From an uncultured Gammaproteobacteria bacterium (GTDB taxonomy: Bacteria > Pseudomonadota > Gammaproteobacteria > GCA-001735895), in NCBI GenBank assembly GCA_964196115.1, contig CAXMRQ010000181.1, forward strand, positions 223-64,222: a stretch of DNA of 64,000 bases, written 5' to 3'. Shown here piece after piece: positions 28,097-37,354 of the stretch (positions are counted from its first letter, which is position 1; each line of letters opens with the position of its first letter). The notes below the pieces were generated by a model, which worked only from the letters and a program-made list of their open reading frames with translations, had not been told where the DNA came from and ran no database searches. Both the position numbers and the translations under genes were made by a program.

Positions 28097-31000
28097 ATGG
28101 CAAAAACGAATTTAAGGCACGCAACAACCGAGATCAAGCTGTCAAAAAGAGGTGATCGGAATAATATATTTCGTATTCAGCGCTTCATAAACGATCATGG
28201 GTTCCAGATATATAGCCTCGAAAATACAGCCGAAGGTCGCAAAATATTTATCCCGCGTTTTATTTTTGGTCAGTTTCGCGCCGAAATAAAAATGATTCTT
28301 AACAATGAACTCAGCAAGAATCTTAGCAAGAAACAGGCTGGGCCATTCGAGCATCAAATTGAATTTCTTAATCGAGAGTATTTTTATTTTAAGTCCTCCG
28401 GTATGGATTTGAATAATTTGATTATTCAGGATATCGAGGAAAGAGAAGGGTCTTCAGGATACATCACGGTCAGCCGTCGTTGCCTGGCTGCGTTAGACAA
28501 GCTGCTTTACGATGGAAGGCTTCAGCACCCGAATGATGTGCTGGAGGAGATCATCTCCTACCATAAATTATTTCAGTTCAGTTTTGTCAAAGGCAGTAAA
28601 AGTATTACCAGTGCGCTCGCCTTGCGTAAGGACGTTCTGCAAAAAATAGAACGCTATACGCCAAGGCTCGCCCAGAAAGTCATCCTCGATGGTGATGTCA
28701 GCAACAGCGGCAAAGCGGGGCCAAAACCGGGTGTCGCACGACACTCAGGTGCCAATAAAGATGCCAATCTGTATCAGCCAAAACTCGGCGAACGGCTCAG
28801 TGAAAAAAACATCGAGGTCGATTATGAAGAAGTTTTTGGCGACCAGAAAATATCCCTTAATCCAGCCGCAGAGCAGGAAGACAGTGGCGCTAGCGGTAAT
28901 TCGAGAGGCAAGGCGATTCTTTCCCAGTTCGCCATACCTCTGGAAGCGGCTGAGGTCAAAAAGTTTGAAAGCGGTAAATTCTATTTTGAACTGAGCACGA
29001 CAGAATCGAGTATGTTCCGTGACAAATTTATCAATGATCGTTCCGCAGATTATTACCTTGGTTTTGAAATTGTTGATGCCCTGTTTACCTTCAACAGAAC
29101 CATTAAAACCTTCCGCTTTCCGCTTTACTACACCAGGGTTCGTATTCGTGAATCCGGTCGAGGGGTTCACCTGGAATCCAGGCAGAATGGTCAATTTTAT
29201 TTAAATCACCTGGCGCTTGCTCACCTGGTCGGCAAATTCAGTGAAACCGTTGCCGGTGTGGATAATGTTGATAAGTTTCTTAATACCCTGCTGGCTCAGG
29301 ATATCAGTGTAGATCAATTAAATGATCGCATTTGCCTGTCACGTTACCTACCCATAAAAGAAAGTATATTCGACCGCACCAGGGAAATTCTACTGGGCTA
29401 CAAGGATGAAAATGGCAAAGGTGGCATTCTCGGCGATTTAAAGGTGAATGGTATCGAATGCGACCTGGAGAGCGTCTACCTATACCGCGCACCGAAACTC
29501 CTCAATCCGATTGATCAGGCGCTCGAGCTCGATCTGGATAAAATTAATTCCATTGCACACCAATCCAGCAAACGCTTCTATCAGTCTTTACTGGGCACTT
29601 TTTTAACACCGGAACTACAGCTCGAAAATCCTGTCGAGGGGGAGTTCGCGCCCATTACCTGGATGCCCGGGATGCTACCACAGAGTACACGAGCGCTAGT
29701 AGACGGTTTGAATAAACATAATCTGGTGTTACTCGAAGGTCCTCCGGGCACCGGCAAGACGCACACCATCATGAATTTGTTAATCCACTGTATTAACAGC
29801 AAGCAAAGGATTTTGATTGTCAGCGATCAGCAGGCCGCGATTGAAGCCTTGATCGAGAAATTAGAGGAATACTTAATCGGCGACGACAAGGGTACCCCGG
29901 CCGAGCGAAAATGGAAAGATCTATTGTTTGGTGCCATTAAGGTTATCGATGAGGTGGAAGTCGGTGACCATAGCCTGGAGGACATGGTTGCCAGGCTGAC
30001 TAAAGCTTTCAAGGTTCAGGAGCCGGGGCCTGGGTCGGGTGCTAGTGTGGATAATCTCGAGAAGAAGATTAAAGTCGTTAAACAAAACATTGCAAAACTT
30101 ACCGCTCAAATTACGCAAAAAATGATCGGTCAGATGAGCGAGGATGTGCCCTTTGATCATCGCGTGCTGAAAAAGGATCAGGCTCAAACTGATATTAAAA
30201 ATCTGCTTGAGTTTCTGGATTTGATCCAGGGCAAAAATTCACGACATCGTCAGCTAATCGATTCTTTTGTGCAAAATCGCTTTAATTTGATCAATGCAAA
30301 TATGCAGGAGTGTTATCATTTTTTCAAAATCCCCGCCAAAAACTTCGATGCCGAAGTCCGAATCCTGAAGGATGACGAAAAAATCCTGTCGTTAATTCTG
30401 CAGAGAAAGCCCAAAACTCTGGAGGCTTTTCATGAAATAACCAGAGAATATCCGCGCCACGAAATTATTCGTTATCTGGAATCGGTGATACAGGCGCAGG
30501 TTTCTCCGCAGGGCAATAGTTTGCTGAGATTGATCAAATTAATCCGCTCTGGTTTCAAATCGGAATTGTTGATAAGCACTAAAATTTTATTGCACAAGGT
30601 CAAGGATCAAATTGCCTTGCTAAAAATGTCGGATAGCTGGTCTGACGGACTCTGGGGACTATTGCGGGAAATACATGAATCGATTCGTATTGGCGATGAA
30701 CCCTCTCGTGCATTGGGTTTATATCGCAGTATTGATCAAAAAACACGTATCGATGTTGGCAATGATCCTGGCAAAGGGTCGTCCATACAGGGTGTACTTG
30801 AGGAGATTGCCGATTTATACACACAACACGACAAAATTATTAAGGAGCGCCTGGAACTAAACCTGCATGGGATTGTTCGGTCTGCTACCGCGTCGAAAAT
30901 GGGTTCTGGAACCAACAATATCACCAGCATCATGGCACTGGTTGATAATCTTAAACAATTTAAATCGATTAGCGAGAGCGGTAGTGTTTTTGAGGAGCTA

Positions 31001-32419
31001 AGGCAGAAACTTTTTGACAGCTTCCCTATCTGGGTAGTCAGAAAACAGACCGTTCCCTTTTTGCTGCCCTGTGTCGAGCAAAGCTTTGATCTTGTCATTA
31101 TCGATGAGGCGACTCAATGCCGGGTTGATGATTCGATGTCGTTGATGTTCAGGGCGAAAAAAATGCTGGTTGTCGGTGATGACAGGCAAACCGTACTGCA
31201 GAAAAATTCAGTCATCGATGATTACCTGTTCAAGGATCATGAGCTTGATGAGCATCTGAGAACCACGCAGGCACGCGGTTTCAAGGGCGGTGGTTCGCAT
31301 ATTTTTGCGCTGGTAAAAGCGATTAAACAGGCCTCGGTGATGCTCAATGAGCACTACCGCTGCCCGGCTGAAATTATCGAGTTCTCCAATAAGTACGTGT
31401 ATGACAATGAGCTCAAAATCATGCAATGGAGCTTGCCTGAACATGCCTCTTCGGTGGTGGTTGACTACAGCGAAAGGAAAATCGAAACCTCTAAAAAGGC
31501 CACTAGTGGCAAATTCAAGGGTATCGAAACTGAAATGGTCGAGCGCTATCTGAACTTTGTGCAGAGTTCGCTGAAGAAGATTGAAACAGCAAGTGGCGAA
31601 AAAATCGATATAGAAACTGATGTCGCGCTGTGCTACTTCCTGCTCAAAAACGAACCCTACATGAAGTTTGCGAAAGACAAATTTATTAAAAAACTCAACC
31701 GTGGAGAGGATGTACTCGACGGTGCTGGTGCCGCGCTACAAGGTAAGGAACGAGACTATATCTTTTATTTCTGGGATGTCACACGCTATAACATGGGTGC
31801 ATTTAAGCAGGGTGATGATGCGGATAAACGCAAAGGTGAACTGAATGTACTAATGAGTCGACCGAAGAAAAAAGCGTTTCATTTTCTACACCGGAACTTC
31901 GATCAACTTGAGCATGGCAGAACGCAGATAACTAATTACCTGTCGCGCGCGTTATACCGGCAGGAAGAAAACAAAAAATCGCCAGAATTTGGCGAAAATG
32001 CCTTAAATCATTCGTTTCTTGGTAGCCTGTTGAAATCTACCCTGGAAAAGTCGAGCAAACGCAGCATCAAAGAGGTGCGGCAAAATATACGCGAGAGCGC
32101 TTTAGATTTCAGGCAGGACATTGTGGTTGGTGACGCAGGAAGGGTGGTCGATCTAATCGCTTTTCCTGTTGGTGAGGCGAATAAAGTCACCGGCCTGGTA
32201 GACCTCTCCGGGTTTGGTTACGAAGAAACTGTAGGGCAGAATGTGGTCGATTATTTCTTCCAGCTGAAGCGTGCCGCTCCCGGCATCGATCCAGTGTTTG
32301 CTTTTCCTCACGAACTGATTAATGAAAATGGCCAGACATTCCGCTCATTGATGCATAAGCTTGAACATGTAGAATTTGCAAAAGCGGCGCAGAAAGAACC
32401 GCTTAAAAAAGCCTTATAG
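28097..32419 (+). CDS. Large SF1 (UPF1/DNA2-NAM7-type) helicase with DUF4011-like N-region and degenerate C-terminal restriction-endonuclease-like domain
   Basis: GPPGTGKT (29738), IIDEATQ (DEATQ at 31103), VGDDRQ, LNEHYRC, QGKE and LNVLMSR motifs. Confidence 0.85.
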   Translation: MAKTNLRHATTEIKLSKRGDRNNIFRIQRFINDHGFQIYSLENTAEGRKIFIPRFIFGQFRAEIKMILNNELSKNLSKKQAGPFEHQIEFLNREYFYFKSSGMDLNNLIIQDIEEREGSSGYITVSRRCLAALDKLLYDGRLQHPNDVLEEIISYHKLFQFSFVKGSKSITSALALRKDVLQKIERYTPRLAQKVILDGDVSNSGKAGPKPGVARHSGANKDANLYQPKLGERLSEKNIEVDYEEVFGDQKISLNPAAEQEDSGASGNSRGKAILSQFAIPLEAAEVKKFESGKFYFELSTTESSMFRDKFINDRSADYYLGFEIVDALFTFNRTIKTFRFPLYYTRVRIRESGRGVHLESRQNGQFYLNHLALAHLVGKFSETVAGVDNVDKFLNTLLAQDISVDQLNDRICLSRYLPIKESIFDRTREILLGYKDENGKGGILGDLKVNGIECDLESVYLYRAPKLLNPIDQALELDLDKINSIAHQSSKRFYQSLLGTFLTPELQLENPVEGEFAPITWMPGMLPQSTRALVDGLNKHNLVLLEGPPGTGKTHTIMNLLIHCINSKQRILIVSDQQAAIEALIEKLEEYLIGDDKGTPAERKWKDLLFGAIKVIDEVEVGDHSLEDMVARLTKAFKVQEPGPGSGASVDNLEKKIKVVKQNIAKLTAQITQKMIGQMSEDVPFDHRVLKKDQAQTDIKNLLEFLDLIQGKNSRHRQLIDSFVQNRFNLINANMQECYHFFKIPAKNFDAEVRILKDDEKILSLILQRKPKTLEAFHEITREYPRHEIIRYLESVIQAQVSPQGNSLLRLIKLIRSGFKSELLISTKILLHKVKDQIALLKMSDSWSDGLWGLLREIHESIRIGDEPSRALGLYRSIDQKTRIDVGNDPGKGSSIQGVLEEIADLYTQHDKIIKERLELNLHGIVRSATASKMGSGTNNITSIMALVDNLKQFKSISESGSVFEELRQKLFDSFPIWVVRKQTVPFLLPCVEQSFDLVIIDEATQCRVDDSMSLMFRAKKMLVVGDDRQTVLQKNSVIDDYLFKDHELDEHLRTTQARGFKGGGSHIFALVKAIKQASVMLNEHYRCPAEIIEFSNKYVYDNELKIMQWSLPEHASSVVVDYSERKIETSKKATSGKFKGIETEMVERYLNFVQSSLKKIETASGEKIDIETDVALCYFLLKNEPYMKFAKDKFIKKLNRGEDVLDGAGAALQGKERDYIFYFWDVTRYNMGAFKQGDDADKRKGELNVLMSRPKKKAFHFLHRNFDQLEHGRTQITNYLSRALYRQEENKKSPEFGENALNHSFLGSLLKSTLEKSSKRSIKEVRQNIRESALDFRQDIVVGDAGRVVDLIAFPVGEANKVTGLVDLSGFGYEETVGQNVVDYFFQLKRAAPGIDPVFAFPHELINENGQTFRSLMHKLEHVEFAKAAQKEPLKKAL

Positions 32420-32448
32420 CCGACACAGGGGTTGAACCCTGAGCGGTT

Positions 32449-33312
32449 TTAAAACTGTCCGCTTTGGTAATCCATATAAGCCTGTTGTAACTCTGCCTGA
32501 CTGTTCATCACAAATGGCCCGCTGCGGGCAATGGGTTCGCCTAGCGGTTTGCCAGCGATGAGTAGAAACCTGGCCATTTGATCCTGGCTGTGGAGATCGA
32601 TAACCGTGCCTTTAGTCAAAACTGCGAGCTGATCTCGGATCACCTTGGTCGATTCGCCCTGTTCGGTCTCTAGCGTGACCGAGCCTTCGATGACATAAAC
32701 GAAGGCGTTGTGCTGCTCGGGTAAAGCTTCCGAAAAAGTGGTGTTTGCCTCAAGGCTAACATCCAGATACAGCGGCTCGGTTAGCGGTTGCGAGACCGGC
32801 CCCGCCGTGCCTTGCGATGTGTTACCGGTGATTACCTTGATGCTGGTGCCAGGACGGGTTTCCAGTGGAATATTGTCGGCATCGTGTTCCTGGTAAGTCG
32901 GTTGAGTCATCTTGTGCGATGCGGGCAGGTTAACCCAGAGCTGGAATCCCTCAAGTCTGCCGTCCTCCTGTTCGGGCATTTCTGAGTGTACTATACCCCT
33001 GCCGGCTGTCATCCATTGAATGCCTCCGGGTTCGATGACACCTTCATTACCGGCACTATCCTTGTGGCGCATGCGACCGTCTAATAAATAAGTGACGGTT
33101 TCGAAACCACGGTGCGGATGTGAAGGGAAGCCAGCGATGTAGTCATTTGGGTTATCCGAACGAAACGCGTCTAGCAGCAAAAACGGATCGAGTTCCTGCA
33201 ATGCTGGTTGGCCTATCACTCTAACCAGCTTGACTCCAGCACCATCGGTGGCAGGCATGCCTGTAATCAAACTTCTCAGTTTTCGTGATTTCGAGGTGCT
33301 GGAATCGTTCAT
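32449..33312 (-). CDS. Pirin-family protein
   Basis: DPFLLLD, HPHRGFETVT, GIVHSE and GPFVMN motifs. Confidence 0.93.
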   Translation of the reverse strand: MNDSSTSKSRKLRSLITGMPATDGAGVKLVRVIGQPALQELDPFLLLDAFRSDNPNDYIAGFPSHPHRGFETVTYLLDGRMRHKDSAGNEGVIEPGGIQWMTAGRGIVHSEMPEQEDGRLEGFQLWVNLPASHKMTQPTYQEHDADNIPLETRPGTSIKVITGNTSQGTAGPVSQPLTEPLYLDVSLEANTTFSEALPEQHNAFVYVIEGSVTLETEQGESTKVIRDQLAVLTKGTVIDLHSQDQMARFLLIAGKPLGEPIARSGPFVMNSQAELQQAYMDYQSGQF

Positions 33313-33323
33313 ACTTATCTCCG

Positions 33324-33938
33324 TCAGGCCGCAGAATTCACTGCGTAGTTAAGCTCAATTTGGTCAACAGCGCTTTGATAGCTGCGGTCGGCATTAACAT
33401 TCATTTGATCAGCAGCAATGATGTTGATACCTTCGATACCGATGAAGCGAAACACCTGCTTCAAATAGTCGCTGACAAAGTCTACGGCGCTACCGAGGGG
33501 CACGCCACCGGTGGTGATGATGACATCCACCTGCTTATCCCGAACCAGACCGACAGGGCCGTCGCTGGTGTAGTGGAAGGTGACTCCGGCCCGACAAATT
33601 AAGTCAATCCAGGCCTTTAATGTCGCGGGAATACCGAAGTTATACATTGGTGTGGTCAATACGATATGATCTGCCTGCATGACTTCATCGATCAATTGAT
33701 CAGAGAAAGCGAGTCGTTGCTTTTGTTCATCACTGCGTTGATCAGCCGGAGTAAAATTTGCGCCAACCCAACTTTCGTCGATGAAGTAAATATCCCGATT
33801 CAAATCGCGTTGTTGCACAGTGGTAGCGGCATATCGACTTTGCAGCCTGGCGATCAGTTCATCGCCGAGCTTTTTGCTGTTTGATGAGCTGACGCTGGCG
33901 CTGGCATCGACTCGTAATATGTTTGTTTTGATGGTCAT
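33324..33938 (-). CDS. azoR: FMN-dependent NADH-azoreductase (flavodoxin-2 fold)
   Basis: PMYNFGIPATLKAWID and RAGVTF motifs. Start placed at MTIKTNIL. Confidence 0.88.
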   Translation of the reverse strand: MTIKTNILRVDASASVSSSNSKKLGDELIARLQSRYAATTVQQRDLNRDIYFIDESWVGANFTPADQRSDEQKQRLAFSDQLIDEVMQADHIVLTTPMYNFGIPATLKAWIDLICRAGVTFHYTSDGPVGLVRDKQVDVIITTGGVPLGSAVDFVSDYLKQVFRFIGIEGINIIAADQMNVNADRSYQSAVDQIELNYAVNSAA

Positions 33939-33954
33939 AGTTGATATACCGGGC

Positions 33955-34341
33955 TTAATTGTCAGGGTTGATCGCCCACCGGCCTGGGCCATGGACAAAA
34001 AGTAGCAGAAACGCGCCGCCGATGGCGAGATCTTTGGTGAATAAAATCATTTGCATTTGCTGACTGAAATCATTGTGAAAAATGACTGCTGCGAGAATGG
34101 TAAACCCGAAGAGTAAAAAAGCAGCGATTTTAGTCTGATATCCTACTAGTACGGCGATGCCCCCGAGTAATTCAACTGCGATTACCGCGGGAAGTAGTAT
34201 TCCGGGTACACCTACCGATTCCATATATCCCTGGGTGCCTTCGTAGCCGCCAATTTTGCTGTAACCCGCCATGATAAACATGACCGAGATGAGTACGCGT
34301 CCGACTAGGGTAGATACGTTATTAATCATTTCTTTGTTCAT
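33955..34341 (-). CDS. DoxX-family membrane protein
   Basis: GRVLIS.MFI.AG..K and KDLAI.G...GPG pattern. Confidence 0.88.
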   Translation of the reverse strand: MNKEMINNVSTLVGRVLISVMFIMAGYSKIGGYEGTQGYMESVGVPGILLPAVIAVELLGGIAVLVGYQTKIAAFLLFGFTILAAVIFHNDFSQQMQMILFTKDLAIGGAFLLLFVHGPGRWAINPDN

Positions 34342-34441
34342 TTGAGTTGTCTCCTGGTTAAGAACAGGGGTATTATTATTGTTCTGATTAAATTAATAAA
34401 TAGTGAAATTAACAATTCACTGTTCGTATTATCAGGACAAT

Positions 34442-35335
34442 ATGAATAAATTCGAAGAACTCGAAGCCTTTGTTGCGGTTGTTGACCGGCATAGCTTTAG
34501 CGCGGCGGCGGACAGACTCGGTGTCGCCAAATCAATTCTGAGCCGACGCGTCAGCGATCTGGAAAAAAGGCTTGGCGTACAATTGATGCAGCGAACCACG
34601 CGTAAACTGTCGCTGACCGACACCGGGCGACATTTCTACCAGCGTGCTGTTAATTTATTGTCGGATTTAAACGACGCCGAGGAAATGGTTTCTGATGCCC
34701 ACAGCAGCCTGTCGGGCAAAATTAAACTTGCCGCGCCACTGGGTATAGGAATCGGCCAGCTTTCCAGGCCTATTGCAGAATTTATGACGCTACACCCGGA
34801 TATCGAAATAGAGGTGGAGCTCGATGACCGCAACGTAGACCTGGTCACTGAAGGATTCGATCTGTCGGTACGGGTAGGTCAGTTACAGGATTCGAGCCTG
34901 ATCGCACGCAAGCTTACGGCCGTGAATTTCGCAATCTGCGCCAGCCCGGAGTATCTACAACAATATGGCGAGCCAAAGCATCCCTCCGAATTAACCGCCC
35001 ACCAGGTTGTGCACTACAATAATGTGACAGTGGGCGATCAGTGGTTTTATTATCAGGACGGCAAGCGAATCACACCGCGTGTAAAGTATCGTTTGAGCGC
35101 CAATAATGGAGAGTTACTGGCCGAGATTGCCAGCCACGGTCTGGCAATTTGCGCGGGACCTTTATTTTATATGCAAGACTATATTAAAAGCGGCAAGCTG
35201 GTACCCATTCTGACTGATTTCCCACGAGATGCGGCTGGCATGTACGCGGTTTATCCTCCAGGCCGACTGGTGTCTCGTCGGGTTAAAATGCTTAGCGATT
35301 ATTTACTCGAATACTTTCGTGATCGAAGTTTTTAG
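34442..35335 (+). CDS. LysR-family regulator
   Basis: SFSAAA...LEKRLGVQLMQRTTR HTH; divergent from doxX-azoR-pirin. Confidence 0.92.
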   Translation: MNKFEELEAFVAVVDRHSFSAAADRLGVAKSILSRRVSDLEKRLGVQLMQRTTRKLSLTDTGRHFYQRAVNLLSDLNDAEEMVSDAHSSLSGKIKLAAPLGIGIGQLSRPIAEFMTLHPDIEIEVELDDRNVDLVTEGFDLSVRVGQLQDSSLIARKLTAVNFAICASPEYLQQYGEPKHPSELTAHQVVHYNNVTVGDQWFYYQDGKRITPRVKYRLSANNGELLAEIASHGLAICAGPLFYMQDYIKSGKLVPILTDFPRDAAGMYAVYPPGRLVSRRVKMLSDYLLEYFRDRSF

Positions 35336-35404
35336 TCGATCCCATTATCGACTCCGGCTGCCTGGCTAGATATACTGCCGCGATATTTTCTTCAGGATTA
35401 ATTC

Positions 35405-35971
35405 GTGAGTATTAAGTCAGATATGTGGATTCGACGCATGGCGGAATCCGAGGGCATGATCGAGCCATTCGAAGCCGGACAGGTGCGTGAATCAGAAAAT
35501 GGCAAGATAATATCCTATGGCACCTCGAGCTACGGCTATGATGTGCGCTGCGCCAGTGAATTCAAAATTTTCACCAATATCAACTCGGCGATAGTCGATC
35601 CGAAGAATTTTGATGACAACAGCTTTGTAGACCTTCAGGCAGATGTCTGCATCATCCCGCCGAACTCATTTGCGCTAGCGCGTACGGTGGAGTTTTTCCG
35701 TATCCCACGCAGTGTGTTGACAATTTGCCTGGGTAAATCGACTTATGCGCGTTGCGGCATCATCGTCAATGTCACGCCGTTGGAGCCTGAGTGGGAAGGG
35801 CATGTCACACTCGAATTTTCCAATACAACGCCATTACCGGCTAAAATTTATGCCAATGAAGGCGTAGCGCAAATGTTGTTTTTTGAGTCGGATGAGGTCT
35901 GTGAGACTTCTTATAAAGATCGAGGGGGAAAGTATCAGGGGCAGCAAGGGGTTACTTTGCCGAAAGCCTAG
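35405..35971 (+). CDS. dcd: dCTP deaminase
   Basis: [19 protein letters not shown] and TPLEPEWEG motifs. Confidence 0.96.
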   Translation: MSIKSDMWIRRMAESEGMIEPFEAGQVRESENGKIISYGTSSYGYDVRCASEFKIFTNINSAIVDPKNFDDNSFVDLQADVCIIPPNSFALARTVEFFRIPRSVLTICLGKSTYARCGIIVNVTPLEPEWEGHVTLEFSNTTPLPAKIYANEGVAQMLFFESDEVCETSYKDRGGKYQGQQGVTLPKA

Positions 35972-35972
35972 G

Positions 35973-36225
35973 GGAGTCTGTCGGACTTAGGATAAATCTC
36001 GGTAACTGCTCCTGCGTCGCCTAAAGCGCCTACTGTTGGCGCCTAAAGCGCCTACTGTTGGTACTCTACCTCCCGCGTCCATGCAGTCGTACGGCGGAAA
36101 AGCCATTTTGGCCAGATTTTCCCTCGACAATTGCGTCCTGCATCGCCTAAAAGCGCCTACTGTTGGTGTTCTACTACCGTACATCCTGTACATATCTCTA
36201 CGATTATCTAAGTCCGACAGGCTCC
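35973..36225. mobile_element. MITE-like element with 18-bp TIRs containing nested short modules
   Basis: GGAGTCTGTCGGACTTAG (35973-35990) and CTAAGTCCGACAGGCTCC (36208-36225) are 17/18 complementary, with CTAG at both flanks. Three internal CGCCTAAAGCGCCTACTGTTGG-type modules. Confidence 0.7.
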
Positions 36226-36758
36226 TAGCCCACCTTCTTCAAATAAAACTCGTCGTAAATAAACCTCGCTATTTCCTGCGGGCTATTAATATCCAATAGC
36301 GGAATAGAAAGCGTCTCAGGGGGTGCATTATCGCAGGCGAGGGCGATGATGGTCGGATCCTGCGGGTGCAGATAGGGCTTTCCCACCGAGGCTCGGTGTA
36401 ACTCAATTTTGGCAAACGCCAGGTGCTTATAACCCTCCACCAGTAAGATATCGAATTTGCTTTCATCGAGTGTATTGACAATTTCCTGTAGTGACGGCTC
36501 TTCGTCGGGACTTGCGAATTCGCTGATAGCAGCCATCCTGGTTGTGGTGCAGATTATTGTATGGGCAGCCCCGGATTTGCGCAGTTCATAACTGTCCTTA
36601 CCGGGTTGATCGAGATCGAAATGGTGGTGGGCGTGCTTGATTACCGCAATTCTCAACCCCTTTGCTTTGAGCAATGGGATCACCTGCTTTATCAGTGTAG
36701 TTTTGCCTGTGCCACTGTAGGCACTAAAACCGATCATCGGCAAATTTGAACTCGTCAT
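36225..36758 (-). CDS. mobB: Molybdopterin-guanine dinucleotide biosynthesis protein B
   Basis: SGTGKTT, IKHAHH, GKDS and VEGYK motifs. Confidence 0.93.
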   Translation of the reverse strand: MTSSNLPMIGFSAYSGTGKTTLIKQVIPLLKAKGLRIAVIKHAHHHFDLDQPGKDSYELRKSGAAHTIICTTTRMAAISEFASPDEEPSLQEIVNTLDESKFDILLVEGYKHLAFAKIELHRASVGKPYLHPQDPTIIALACDNAPPETLSIPLLDINSPQEIARFIYDEFYLKKVG

Positions 36759-36763
36759 AATAA

Positions 36764-37354
36764 TTAATTTCCCAGCAAACGTTGCTGGTCTTCGGGTGTG
36801 TTAATGTTTTCAAACATCGTCATATCGTCCGAAAAGTCGACAATCTCATAGTCATACTTTGCGTACCAACGATCTATTTTACGATCACCGCTTTCTAAAA
36901 ACTGTTTCAGGTCATGCAAAAGTCCGCTATTGATGAGTGCATAAACGGGTTGTAAACGCTCGCCATCGTGCGCCACGCAAACAGCCGCGCCGTTACGGTT
37001 ATGGGCTTCGATAAAGCGTTCGCTAAAATTGTCGGCCAGCACCGGGCTATCGCAGGGCAGGGTTAAGATAAAGTCGGTTGTTACCGTCGCCATTGCAGTT
37101 GCAAAACCAGCCAGCGGTCCCTGAAAATCCTTGAGTTCGTCACTAATTACCGGGTATCCATAAGTTTGGTATGTGGTCTGGTTTCGATTGGCATTAATCA
37201 GGATATCGAGATGTTGAGCGCGTAAGCGTTCGATTAGGATTTCAATTATTAAGCGACCATCGAACTCGATTAATCCCTTGTCCTGGCCGCCCATGCGCCT
37301 ACCTTGTCCACCAGCCAGTATAACTGCGGTGATATCGCTATTTAGAATATTCAT
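36764..37354 (-). CDS. mobA: Molybdenum cofactor guanylyltransferase
   Basis: LAGGQGRRMGG.DK, GPLAG, PCD and NINTPED motifs. Confidence 0.95.
   Translation of the reverse strand: MNILNSDITAVILAGGQGRRMGGQDKGLIEFDGRLIIEILIERLRAQHLDILINANRNQTTYQTYGYPVISDELKDFQGPLAGFATAMATVTTDFILTLPCDSPVLADNFSERFIEAHNRNGAAVCVAHDGERLQPVYALINSGLLHDLKQFLESGDRKIDRWYAKYDYEIVDFSDDMTMFENINTPEDQQRLLGN

Noticed and set aside
25404-32419. Canonical Zorya type I, II or III
   Set aside because: The A subunit has no long tail, the helicase is SF1 (GPPGTGKT/DEATQ) rather than SNF2, and I recognise no ZorC, HNH or ZorFG gene.
36018-36170. CRISPR-like 22-nt repeats
   Set aside because: Two copies are directly tandem and spacing is irregular; better explained as nested modules.
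35987-36299. Short ORFs with repeated APTVG peptides
   Set aside because: They are translations of the 22-nt repeat module.
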